From: Myxococcota bacterium
Lineage (GTDB): Bacteria > Myxococcota_A > UBA9160 > PR03
DNA: 25,158 nt
Assembly: GCA_041611735.1 (NCBI GenBank)
Contig: JBFIML010000053.1
Coordinates: 1-25,158, forward strand
Direction: 5' to 3'
Shown: in pieces, positions 17,781 to 25,158 of the stretch
Numbering within the stretch: position 1 is the first letter of the stretch
How the letters are laid out: every line of letters starts with the position of its first letter
Notes under the pieces: model-generated
The model's input: the letters and a program-made list of their open reading frames with translations, nothing else
Databases searched by the model: none
What the model was told of the DNA's origin: nothing
Position numbers and translations under genes: made by a program

Positions 17781-18185
17781 TCAGGTGTACATGGGGCGCC
17801 GGTGGCGCAGACGCAGCCAACCGCGCGCGATGCGGTAGACGAGCCAGAGCGTGATCCCGATCAGCACGCCGATCGCAAGGGGGATGCCGATCACCGTCAC
17901 CACCAGCAGGGCCGCCACCCCGACCCACAGGATCGCGAACCAGAAGGTCCGGATCTGCCAGCGGAAGTGGGACGCGAGCCAGGTGCCAGCCGCCTCGCCG
18001 CGCTTCACGTAGTTCAGGATCACCGCCACGATGGAGGGAATGCTCCCGACGAAGCTTCCCACCACGCTGGCCGAGCCGAGCAGACCCACGATGATCGCGA
18101 AGCTGTGTAGCGCGTAGACGAGGTTCGCCACCGTCCGCGCGGACGCAAGCGGCTCGCCGGCTTCGGAATCCCGGGCAATCGTCAC
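17781..18185 (-). CDS. Membrane protein, DUF4870/COG3671-like
   Basis: LVYALH...VILNYVKR...WLASHFRWQIRTFW...YRIARGW. GTG 18185 with AGGAGG upstream; its stop overlaps the RBS of the next gene. Confidence 0.85.
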   Translation of the reverse strand: MTIARDSEAGEPLASARTVANLVYALHSFAIIVGLLGSASVVGSFVGSIPSIVAVILNYVKRGEAAGTWLASHFRWQIRTFWFAILWVGVAALLVVTVIGIPLAIGVLIGITLWLVYRIARGWLRLRHRRPMYT

Positions 18186-18211
18186 GGTCTGCCTCCTGGG
18201 TGGGAGCGCTG

Positions 18212-19675
18212 TCAGGGCGTCAGGCCCCGACTGGCGCGAGCCTTCCCCGAACCTGCGCGGGCGGTGCCCTTCGCCTGCGCGGCTGGCGCATAGAACCGCT
18301 CCCACAGGGCGTCGGCCAGGAAGCGCTGCCCCTCGTGGGAGAAGTGGCCGTAGCCATTGAAGTAGAGGCTGCGGATCTCGTCCACGTCCAGTCCTTTCTC
18401 ACGCAGCGTGCGGGCGAGGGGCAGGATCGGGACTCCGTTCGCCTCGGCGTGGGCCACGAGGCGACGCTCCGGCAGCTCGAGGTCGTAGCCGCCCTGGCGG
18501 AAGCTCCAGTCGGTGCCCTGGTGCCGCGCGTAGAAGCTGGGTGGCACCACGGGGATCGTCACCAGCCGCAGCCGCATGCCGTGAGCCTCGGCGAACTCGA
18601 AGCTCGCGTCCAGCAGGGAGAGCCCGAGCGCCATCATGGCCTCGGCCTCGGCCCCCGGGGGGTCCTCGAAGACGAAGGCGTCGAGCCCGAGCCAACGCAT
18701 CTCCTTGGCGAGGTTCTCCTCCTCCACGGTTGCGGGCATTGCGCCCGTAACCAGCTGGTTTACACGCTCCCAGACGACGGTGCGCGTCTCTTGCAGCACC
18801 GCCGACGAGAGGAAGTGGCTGCGCACGATGAGCGGCAGGAGCCAGAGCGGATTGCGATGGTTGTACTCGAGGCGGCTCACGAAGTCACGGCGGGCCTGCT
18901 GGCTCTCCGGCAACAGCGAAAGGTGGCCGGACTCGTCGAGCTGGTAGTAGATGTCTCGCTCGCGTCTTCGTTTCTCATCCGGGGCAAGCAGGTTGCGGAA
19001 GTCGTTGCCCACGAAGATCGCGACGATCGCCTCCCGCGGCTGGAAGTGGCGCTGGGCGTAGCGCAGGACCTCCAGATACTCGGCCGGCCCGGTGTTGGAG
19101 ATGCCCATGGACAGCACCGCCCGAGGATGATCCGACGACGGGCTCGAGGCCAGCCGCTCCTGGAGAAGCGCCCCGGCGTTCTGCCGGGCTGGGACGCCCG
19201 CGGCCAGCACGAAGCTGTCGCCGATCAGCGCGACCTTGGGCACCTCGGGTTGGTCCTCGAACGGCGTGGCGTGCCAGCCGTAGCGGTTCATCCAGCCGTT
19301 TGCGAAGCCCTCTCGCGTGTAGTAGATGCGGCCGTAGGGGACGTGCTTGTAGACGTGCACGCGCGGGATCAGACCGAGCCCCGCTGCCGCCTGCAAGATC
19401 AGCTCGCACGTCGCGATCAGGTAGAGCAGCAAGATCAGGCGCTGCTTCCAGACGAGATTCGCGAGCAGGCGAAAGCCAAGCGCCAGCAGGCCGGGCAGCG
19501 AGAGATAGAACATCCGCTTCAAAGCCCCGTCGGTGGCGGAGGTGGCGACGATGTACAGGCCGTTCAGGAGCGCAAGGCACCCGAAGGCCACCGCGATCGT
19601 CACCAGGCCTCGGTCGACCCAGCGCTCCAGGCGGTCCTCCCGGACGCCTGTTCCCTTCTCCGTCGCCTTCGCCAT
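18212..19675 (-). CDS. Membrane-anchored SGNH/GDSL hydrolase-like (AlgX/AlgJ-type) protein
   Basis: About 3 N-terminal TM segments, then MNRYGW, block I IGDSF, block III FVGNDF and C-terminal GHFSHEG. Start ATG 19675 inferred. Confidence 0.8.
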   Translation of the reverse strand: MAKATEKGTGVREDRLERWVDRGLVTIAVAFGCLALLNGLYIVATSATDGALKRMFYLSLPGLLALGFRLLANLVWKQRLILLLYLIATCELILQAAAGLGLIPRVHVYKHVPYGRIYYTREGFANGWMNRYGWHATPFEDQPEVPKVALIGDSFVLAAGVPARQNAGALLQERLASSPSSDHPRAVLSMGISNTGPAEYLEVLRYAQRHFQPREAIVAIFVGNDFRNLLAPDEKRRRERDIYYQLDESGHLSLLPESQQARRDFVSRLEYNHRNPLWLLPLIVRSHFLSSAVLQETRTVVWERVNQLVTGAMPATVEEENLAKEMRWLGLDAFVFEDPPGAEAEAMMALGLSLLDASFEFAEAHGMRLRLVTIPVVPPSFYARHQGTDWSFRQGGYDLELPERRLVAHAEANGVPILPLARTLREKGLDVDEIRSLYFNGYGHFSHEGQRFLADALWERFYAPAAQAKGTARAGSGKARASRGLTP

Positions 19676-19892
19676 GCTGCCGCAGACGGTAACGCCGCCA
19701 GGCTCCCAGGTCGTCCTGGGAGAAGGAAACAGGGGACTTGCTCGGGGACCGGGGCGTCGCCGAGCTCTGGGAGCGGGACGTTCCGGGAGCAGGAGGTCCC
19801 GGGCCACGTCGCCCGGGCCGATGCCAACTGACCGCAGCTGCTGGCGAAGTAGACCCACGTCGCCAGCTCGCGGTCGCGGACGGAGTCACGTC

Positions 19893-19923
19893 TTGACAAC
19901 GGACCGTCGGGTGGGCGTAGGAT
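19893..19923 (+). promoter_or_regulatory. Candidate sigma70 promoter with a 19-bp spacer
   Basis: TTGACA (19893-19898), N19, TAGGAT (19918-19923), 35 nt upstream of ATG 19959. Confidence 0.5.
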
Positions 19924-19958
19924 GACGGGAAGGGGGGCAAGAGCGAGGAGTCATCAGC

Positions 19959-20273
19959 ATGGCGGCAATCGCGAGTATCTCCATGTGGCGCCCGCGCGAC
20001 GGGAAGCTCCAGGACTTCATGGCGCGGGTGGCCACCGCCAAGAAGATCCACGAGCGCCTGGGTGGCAAGGTGCGGGTCTGGCAGAGCGCCTTCGGTGGAC
20101 AGCCCATGGCGCTCGGCTACGTGATCGAGCACGGTAGCTGGAAGGCCTTCGGGGACTTCGGGCAGAAGCTCGAAGCCGACTCCGAGTGGCAGAAGTTCTG
20201 GGCCGATGCGCTGCTGCACCCCTCCGCCGACCTGCTGCAGAACAACGTCGTGACCGAGACGCCGGGGATCTGA
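19959..20273 (+). CDS. Small protein, NIPSNAP-like dimeric alpha/beta barrel
   Basis: 104 aa with GAGGAG RBS. Pattern WRPRDGKLQDF...SWKAFGDFGQKLEADSEWQKFW is typical of this fold. Confidence 0.7.
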   Translation: MAAIASISMWRPRDGKLQDFMARVATAKKIHERLGGKVRVWQSAFGGQPMALGYVIEHGSWKAFGDFGQKLEADSEWQKFWADALLHPSADLLQNNVVTETPGI

Positions 20274-20325
20274 GCCGGGCGGTAGCCTGGCCCCGCTGCC
20301 CCCCACTCGGGGAAGCTCCGCTCCG

Positions 20326-22026
20326 GTGGACGCTGTCGCCCGGCCTTCGCCCAGGGTCAGCTGCTCCCCATTGCCCAGCCACGCTGCGACGGCCGGCCTG
20401 CGCGCAAGATACGGAGCGGCCACGGAGAAGACACCCGTTGGCCGGTTCGCGGTAGGGATCGCGATCGCGAGCGGTCTGGGGCTCTACCTGCGCCTCTTCG
20501 GCATCGACCCGCCCTCCCTCTGGCTAGACGACCAGTGGGTCGGGATCGTGGTCGGACGCATGAGCTGGGGCCAGGTTCTCGAGCTGCACCCGGCGGTGCC
20601 CATCGGCTTCGTCGCGGTCCTCAAGGGTATTTCTGCCCTGGTCCCGGACCCGGAGGTGTCGCTCCAGCTGTTTCCGCTGGCGTGCTCCGTGGCGGCCATC
20701 CCGGCGCTCTCGCTGCTCGTGGCCCGGGCGACCGGACGCCGCTCGCTGGGGCTCCTGGCGGGAACCCTGCTCGCGCTGTGCCCGGGCCTGATCGTCTTCG
20801 GTGTTGCGGTGAAGCAGTACGCCAGCGACTGCCTGGCCACGATCGTCGTCCTCCGGATCGGCCTCCCCTTGCTCGAGCAGCCCTCGCCGCGGCGGGCCAT
20901 CGCCACGGCGGGGGCGAGCGCTCTCCTGCTGCCGTTCTCGTTCACCTCGGTCTTCGTGGCCTTTCCCCTGCTCCATCTGGCGGTCGGCCTCGATCGCCGA
21001 CCGCTGCACTCGCGGGCTGGCTCCGCCGCTGCCGCACTGGGCTACGACCTCGCCCTGACGGCGTTCTACCTCGCCTTACTGCGCAACCAGGCGAGCGATG
21101 CAATGCGGCAATACTTCAGTCCCTACTTCCTGCCCGTGGACTCCGTGCGCGCGGCGCTCGGCTACCTCGACGAGCGCTACGCGAGCTTCCTGGCCCAGGC
21201 CCTGCCCGACGCGAGCCTGGCGTGGATGGTGGCGGGCATCGTCCCCGCCCTGATCGTCCTGATCGGGACGAGATCCACGCGTTCGTTCGGCCTCTTCGCG
21301 CTCTTCTTCTACGTCCAGATGCTCGTCGTCTCCGCCCTGGAGCTCTACCCGCTCGGAACCGGGCGCACGGATCTCTTCGCAGTTCCGCTCACCCTCCTGG
21401 TCCTGTGCCTCGGCCTGCATCGGGTGCTTCGCTGGCCGAAGGCCGACACGGCGGTGGCGGCGGGCGCACTGGCGCTCGCGATCGGCGCCGCCACGGCCTA
21501 CGCGCGTCCCGCCGCCTACGGTTCCTCCGGCGGCTACGGGGAGGCTCCCTGCCGGGACGCGGAGCTGGTCGCTTCGCTCGTCCAGGAGCTGCGGGAAGAC
21601 GACGCGCTCCTCGTGTATCCGCTCGGCTCGTTCTCGCTCGGGTACTACGGTCCCTGGCCGGTCGAGCTCCGACCGTTCGCGGACTACGCCCACAATTTCG
21701 AGGTCCGGACGATCCGCCCTCGCACCCTGACGCTCCCGGGCTATGGGGATCTCGCGCGGCGCCCCGAACGCCTGGCGCCCCTGCTGGATCGTTTCCTGGC
21801 GGAGGAGGCCCCGAGCCGGCTCGTCTACTACGCATCGTACGCCGTGGGACCCGTGCATCCCTGGCTGCACCGTGCGCTCCTGCTGCGCGGCTTCCGCGTG
21901 GAGCGCCGTGTCCGGGCGCCGCTCGCCGTCCTGATGGTCTATGCGGGCCCGTCGTCGCCCGAAGCGGCCCGGCGTACGATCCGCTCCACTCGTTCGTCGT
22001 CCTCAGGCGGTCTGCCTTCGGAATGA
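20326..22026 (+). CDS. GT-C fold membrane glycosyltransferase (GT39/ArnT/PMT-like)
   Basis: LRLFGIDPPSLWLDD after the first TM, KQYASD motif, many TM helices and a C-terminal soluble domain. Start uncertain (GTG 20326 or TTG 20371). Confidence 0.75.
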   Translation: MDAVARPSPRVSCSPLPSHAATAGLRARYGAATEKTPVGRFAVGIAIASGLGLYLRLFGIDPPSLWLDDQWVGIVVGRMSWGQVLELHPAVPIGFVAVLKGISALVPDPEVSLQLFPLACSVAAIPALSLLVARATGRRSLGLLAGTLLALCPGLIVFGVAVKQYASDCLATIVVLRIGLPLLEQPSPRRAIATAGASALLLPFSFTSVFVAFPLLHLAVGLDRRPLHSRAGSAAAALGYDLALTAFYLALLRNQASDAMRQYFSPYFLPVDSVRAALGYLDERYASFLAQALPDASLAWMVAGIVPALIVLIGTRSTRSFGLFALFFYVQMLVVSALELYPLGTGRTDLFAVPLTLLVLCLGLHRVLRWPKADTAVAAGALALAIGAATAYARPAAYGSSGGYGEAPCRDAELVASLVQELREDDALLVYPLGSFSLGYYGPWPVELRPFADYAHNFEVRTIRPRTLTLPGYGDLARRPERLAPLLDRFLAEEAPSRLVYYASYAVGPVHPWLHRALLLRGFRVERRVRAPLAVLMVYAGPSSPEAARRTIRSTRSSSSGGLPSE

Positions 22027-22083
22027 CCAGCACCGTCGCAGGTCCCGACTTGCACTCGAGCTCTCGACGCAGGTCTGCGAGGA

Positions 22084-22686
22084 CTACGCGTCCGGGTCGG
22101 GGATCAAGTAACCTCGCACGATGACCTGGACCCGCAGCTCATCGAGGTCCGGGTTGTCGAAGACCTGGGCAGAAGCACAGAGTCGACTCCCAGAGGCGAC
22201 AGCCACCCCGGTCGTCATGTGCTCGCTGCGTCCGGAGCGACCCTGGAAATCGACGAACGCCGAAGACCTCAGGACCGACAAGTTCGAGACGAACGGACCA
22301 TCCCGAAACTCGATGGAGAGATCGAAGTAGCGGACGTCGTTGCGCTCCTTGTCGACGCCCTTCGTGAAGTCCGCGATCCACCAGTCCACGTCGGTGGCTA
22401 CCAGGATCTGGCCCGCGGGCACGCGAAACGGCGTGTCTTCGCGGCGACCGTTGGACCCGACCCGGAAGAACTCGGACTCCTGCAGGCCACACCCGCCCGT
22501 CACGTCGGGCTGACGGCGCAACACGACGAAACTTCGCACGTCCGAGTTGACATGCGTCCTGAGCGCCGGAGTGGGGAAGTTCGTCACTTCGACCGCCGTG
22601 ACCGGTCGTCCGCGCTGGGCCAGAGCGGGTTCCGCGCCGACCGCGAGGATGACGGCCGAGAGAACCAGCGGGAGGATGCGTAGCAT
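22084..22686 (-). CDS. Secreted hypothetical protein (200 aa)
   Basis: GGAGG then ATG 22686. Signal peptide MLRILPLVLSAVILAVGAEPALA; beta-rich mature part with FRVPAGQILV and two Cys. Confidence 0.75.
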   Translation of the reverse strand: MLRILPLVLSAVILAVGAEPALAQRGRPVTAVEVTNFPTPALRTHVNSDVRSFVVLRRQPDVTGGCGLQESEFFRVGSNGRREDTPFRVPAGQILVATDVDWWIADFTKGVDKERNDVRYFDLSIEFRDGPFVSNLSVLRSSAFVDFQGRSGRSEHMTTGVAVASGSRLCASAQVFDNPDLDELRVQVIVRGYLIPDPDA

Positions 22687-22722
22687 GGGACCTCCGGTCC
22701 AACCTCCCCTGGGAGCTGACCG

Positions 22723-22739
22723 TGCACGTCGTGTGCCAA
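22723..22739 (-). promoter_or_regulatory. Sigma54 (-24/-12) promoter
   Basis: TTGGCACACGACGTGCA with exact GG-N10-GC spacing, 36 nt upstream of ATG 22686. Confidence 0.65.
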
Positions 22740-23024
22740 GCGGGTGAAGGCGCCGCCCAAGGCGCAAGCCATACCGGGGATGCGCCTCGCAGTCTGCAAG
22801 CCATACGCGTTCCGGTGTAGATGCGTCCGGCTGCCCCACTCCTCTCCCGGAAAGTGGGGCAACGCGCGCGGCTCCAGGTCTTGGCAGCGCGAGAAGCGGA
22901 GAGGCGACGGATGGGCGATTCGAGTGGGCTTCGAGATCCGAGTCCCCCGGGGATCCCAGGCTCTGGAGACTGCAGGCGACCGAAGGGCGTGTCGAGTCGT
23001 GGCTGGGCTACGCGCTCCGTGGAG

Positions 23025-23093
23025 CCATCGCCTCCGCAGCGCCAGCCCCGCGAGGCCGGTGGTTAGGAGCAGGGCGATGGTGGGCTCGGGAAC
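23025..23093 (-). pseudogene. Orphan PEP-CTERM tail remnant
   Basis: VPEPTIALLLTTGLAGLALRRRW, with no plausible upstream coding domain and no stop right after the basic cluster. Confidence 0.7.
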
Positions 23094-23144
23094 GGCGGCG
23101 GGAGCTCGTCGAGGAGAGGCGGCGCCGGCCCGCCAGCTACCCAA

Positions 23145-23178
23145 ACGACAACGCCCCGACCGAGGTCGGGGCGCGTCG
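23145..23178 (-). terminator. GC-rich hairpin, probable intrinsic terminator (copy 1 of a 34-bp repeat)
   Basis: Minus strand CGCCCCGAC-CTCG-GTCGGGGCG followed by TTGTCGTTT, about 40 nt after the stop at 23219. Confidence 0.65.
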
Positions 23179-23218
23179 CGTGTCTCCCGATGGAGGCCGC
23201 CCCACCGGAAAGCGATGC

Positions 23219-23560
23219 TCAGTCCCTGATGTTGCCGATCAACTGTGGGATCAAGCCGCACCTCGCATTGGTGGCGACCGCCTGAGAGGCCGAGGTGAAG
23301 TCGATCACGCCGCCAGAGAAGAGCAGGATCAGAGCACTCAACTCGTTGAAGACAGACTCATCCAGGATCGAGGTGGACAACAGATCGCCCAGGTTGTTGA
23401 ACTCGATGCCCTGGGCATCGAGGAAGTCATTCACATCGAAGTTGGTTGCCCCCAGAAGATCGCAGTCCACGTTCAGCGGCCGAACGGCGTCGGCCGGCGG
23501 GGCACCGATCAGCAGGACGGCCGCCACGGCCAGCGCAGTCGCAAGAACCTTGATCGTCAC
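23219..23560 (-). CDS. Small secreted acidic hypothetical protein (113 aa)
   Basis: AGGAGGT RBS then GTG. Signal peptide ending PPADA; two Cys in the mature region. Confidence 0.8.
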   Translation of the reverse strand: MTIKVLATALAVAAVLLIGAPPADAVRPLNVDCDLLGATNFDVNDFLDAQGIEFNNLGDLLSTSILDESVFNELSALILLFSGGVIDFTSASQAVATNARCGLIPQLIGNIRD

Positions 23561-23979
23561 GACACACCTCCTGGTTTCTGGTTACGGACCTGCGCGGCTC
23601 GGAACCCGTCGCACTCCCGAACCGGCATGCTGCCAGTAGGCAACTCCGCTCGGAGCTTTTCAAGCGAAATCGGGAGCCAGGCACGAGCCAAGCCGAAGGA
23701 AGAAAGGCTCTTCCGGAGGGTTAGGACGACTCTTGCACATCGGCCCGGCTCACGGGCTTGCTGCGCCGCCTGGCTCAAGTGGCCCGTCGCGGCCCGTGCG
23801 TTCCATGCTCTTCTCCGATGGCTCGCAGAGTTGGATCCACGGCGCCAACCCGCTTGACCCGGATCCGACATTCCTGCGCGTGAGCGCGGATCGAAAGTGA
23901 AAGTGGCGAGGTGGCGGCGCGATTCCAGATTCTGGCAGGCCGCCTTCCTGGTGGGTGGGATCGTCCACCAGCTGGGCCG

Positions 23980-24441
23980 ATGGCCGCTCGCTACGTGATC
24001 TGCCCGCTCTGCAGCTTCGAGTTCGAGCCGCAGGACACCCTCTGCCAGCACGGCTGCCCGCTGCGGACCACGTGCGGCCTGCTCCGCTGCCCGAGCTGCG
24101 AGTTCGAGTTCCCCGAGAGCCCCCGCATCGTCTCCCGGCTCGGGCGGCTCCTGCAATGGCGCCGGGATTCGCGCGACTCCGTCTGTGACCGGTTCATGAC
24201 CTTGCGCGAGTTGAGGACCGGCGAGCGAGCGGAGGTGGTGTCGCTTGCGGGCGATAGCTGGCGGCGCAGTCGCCTCGCGGTCCTCGGTCTGGCACCTGGC
24301 TCCGAGGTGATGCTGCTGCAACGGACGCCGGCTTTCGTCGTGCGTGCTGGCGAGACCGAGCTTGCCCTCGACGAAGAGTTCGCCGGCCGGCGGCGGCCGG
24401 TGGTGCGGCCGAGGGATCCTGAGCCGCCGCCGGCACCTTGA
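23980..24441 (+). CDS. FeoA-family protein with N-terminal Cys-rich domain (3' end possibly damaged)
   Basis: CPLC...CQHGC...C...CPSC followed by FeoA-like MTLRELRTGERAEVVSL...RLAVLGLAPGSEVMLLQRTPAFVVRAGETELALD. Confidence 0.8.
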   Translation: MAARYVICPLCSFEFEPQDTLCQHGCPLRTTCGLLRCPSCEFEFPESPRIVSRLGRLLQWRRDSRDSVCDRFMTLRELRTGERAEVVSLAGDSWRRSRLAVLGLAPGSEVMLLQRTPAFVVRAGETELALDEEFAGRRRPVVRPRDPEPPPAP

Positions 24442-24962
24442 ACCGAGCCGCAAGCTTGGCAGGCGCCTGTCGGTCGTCCCCCTCGCGGAGCGCGCTAATC
24501 TCCGTCCGCGGGCAGTTCCTGGAGCGCCTGCTTCGCGAACATCGGCTCGAGATTTGACTCCTCCGGCGTGCGCGCGTCGACGTCGCGCACGTCTCCGGAA
24601 GGCCACCGTCAACTCTTTCGTGTTGACCCGAAGCATTCGACTCCTACGGAGTGGATCATGGAAGGGGGCGGCCCGAGCGAGGGGCTTGGGCGGATAGGCG
24701 GAATAAGCGGTCTCCGAGGTGCGCGAACCTCCGATCATGAGAAGTTCCCGGGGAACTCAGGCTACGCGGACCGTAGGCGGCCGTCCTCGTGTTCGACCTT
24801 GTTCTTCTGCTTCGGGTGGACGATTTCCGTTGCGGATGGCTCAGAATGTCTGTAGCGCCTTGGGCTCCGGCGCCGCCTACAGGGAGCTCACCAGCTCGCG
24901 GCGCACGGGGACGATGACCTTGTTGTGCGGCAGGGCCGTAGGCGGATGTCGCGCGGTGCCCG

Positions 24963-24996
24963 ACGACAACGCCCCGACCGCGGCCGGGGCGTGTCG
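24963..24996 (-). repeat. Copy 2 of the 34-bp hairpin repeat / probable terminator
   Basis: acgacaacgccccgaccgcggccggggcgtgtcg, 31/34 identical to 23145-23178. Confidence 0.7.
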
Positions 24997-25017
24997 AATG
25001 CCCTGTAGGCTGCGTGC

Positions 25018-25158
25018 TCAGCCGCCTTCTGCGCCGATGCAGCCACATCATCGGCGGCGGCAGGAACGCCAGCTCGAAGCCGAGGCCGCAGCGCCGCCGT
25101 TGGTGCGGAACCGTCACCGTCACGATCTCCCGCGTGCTGTTGCCAGCGGCCGCATCAG
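25018..25158 (-). CDS. 3' end of a probable surface protein with a CGLG-hydrophobic-Arg C-terminal signal (begins beyond the window; stop appears frameshifted)
   Basis: ...DAAAGNSTREIVTVTVPHQRRR-CGLGFELAFLPPPMMWLH-RRRRR. TGA at 25020-25018 is 1 nt out of frame and a hairpin follows. Confidence 0.55.

Noticed and set aside
23561-23979. Riboswitch or ncRNA in the long intergenic region before feoA
   Set aside because: Only short hairpins; I could not match any known riboswitch consensus by eye. An Rfam/Infernal scan would be needed.
23145-24996. 34-bp repeats as a CRISPR array or integron attC sites
   Set aside because: Only two copies 1.8 kb apart, no spacer-sized periodicity, no cas or integrase gene, and no RYYYAAC/GTTRRRY ends.

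Overview
Very GC-rich (about 70% by eye) bacterial chromosomal window. Gene content and C-terminal sorting signals suggest Myxococcota or a related deltaproteobacterial lineage (inference). From left to right: a PsrA-like TetR regulator (cut by the window edge, apparent CTG start, autoregulatory operator), a two-domain fatty acyl-CoA reductase, a GH5 endoglycoceramidase-like enzyme, fhs, a carbamoyltransferase and SAM methyltransferase pair, a GGDEF diguanylate cyclase, a 5'-truncated PEP-CTERM gene, a bicupin, and a 45-aa ORF resembling ECF sigma region 2. A divergent cluster then encodes a GNAT, an apparently circularly permuted TTL-like ATP-grasp protein and an AsnB-type amidotransferase. 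It is followed by a beta-propeller lipoprotein, a bacterioferritin-like protein, a DUF4870-like membrane protein, an SGNH protein, a NIPSNAP-like protein and a GT-C glycosyltransferase. The last 3 kb look decayed: two secreted orphans, an orphan PEP-CTERM tail, a Cys-rich FeoA without feoB, a repeated 34-bp hairpin and a CGLG-type C-terminal sorting signal. No rRNA, tRNA, CRISPR array or intact mobile element was seen. The best candidate for a novel system is the GNAT / permuted TTL-like ligase / AsnB cluster with its divergent mini-sigma ORF. All family calls are by-eye motif recognition; no database search was run.
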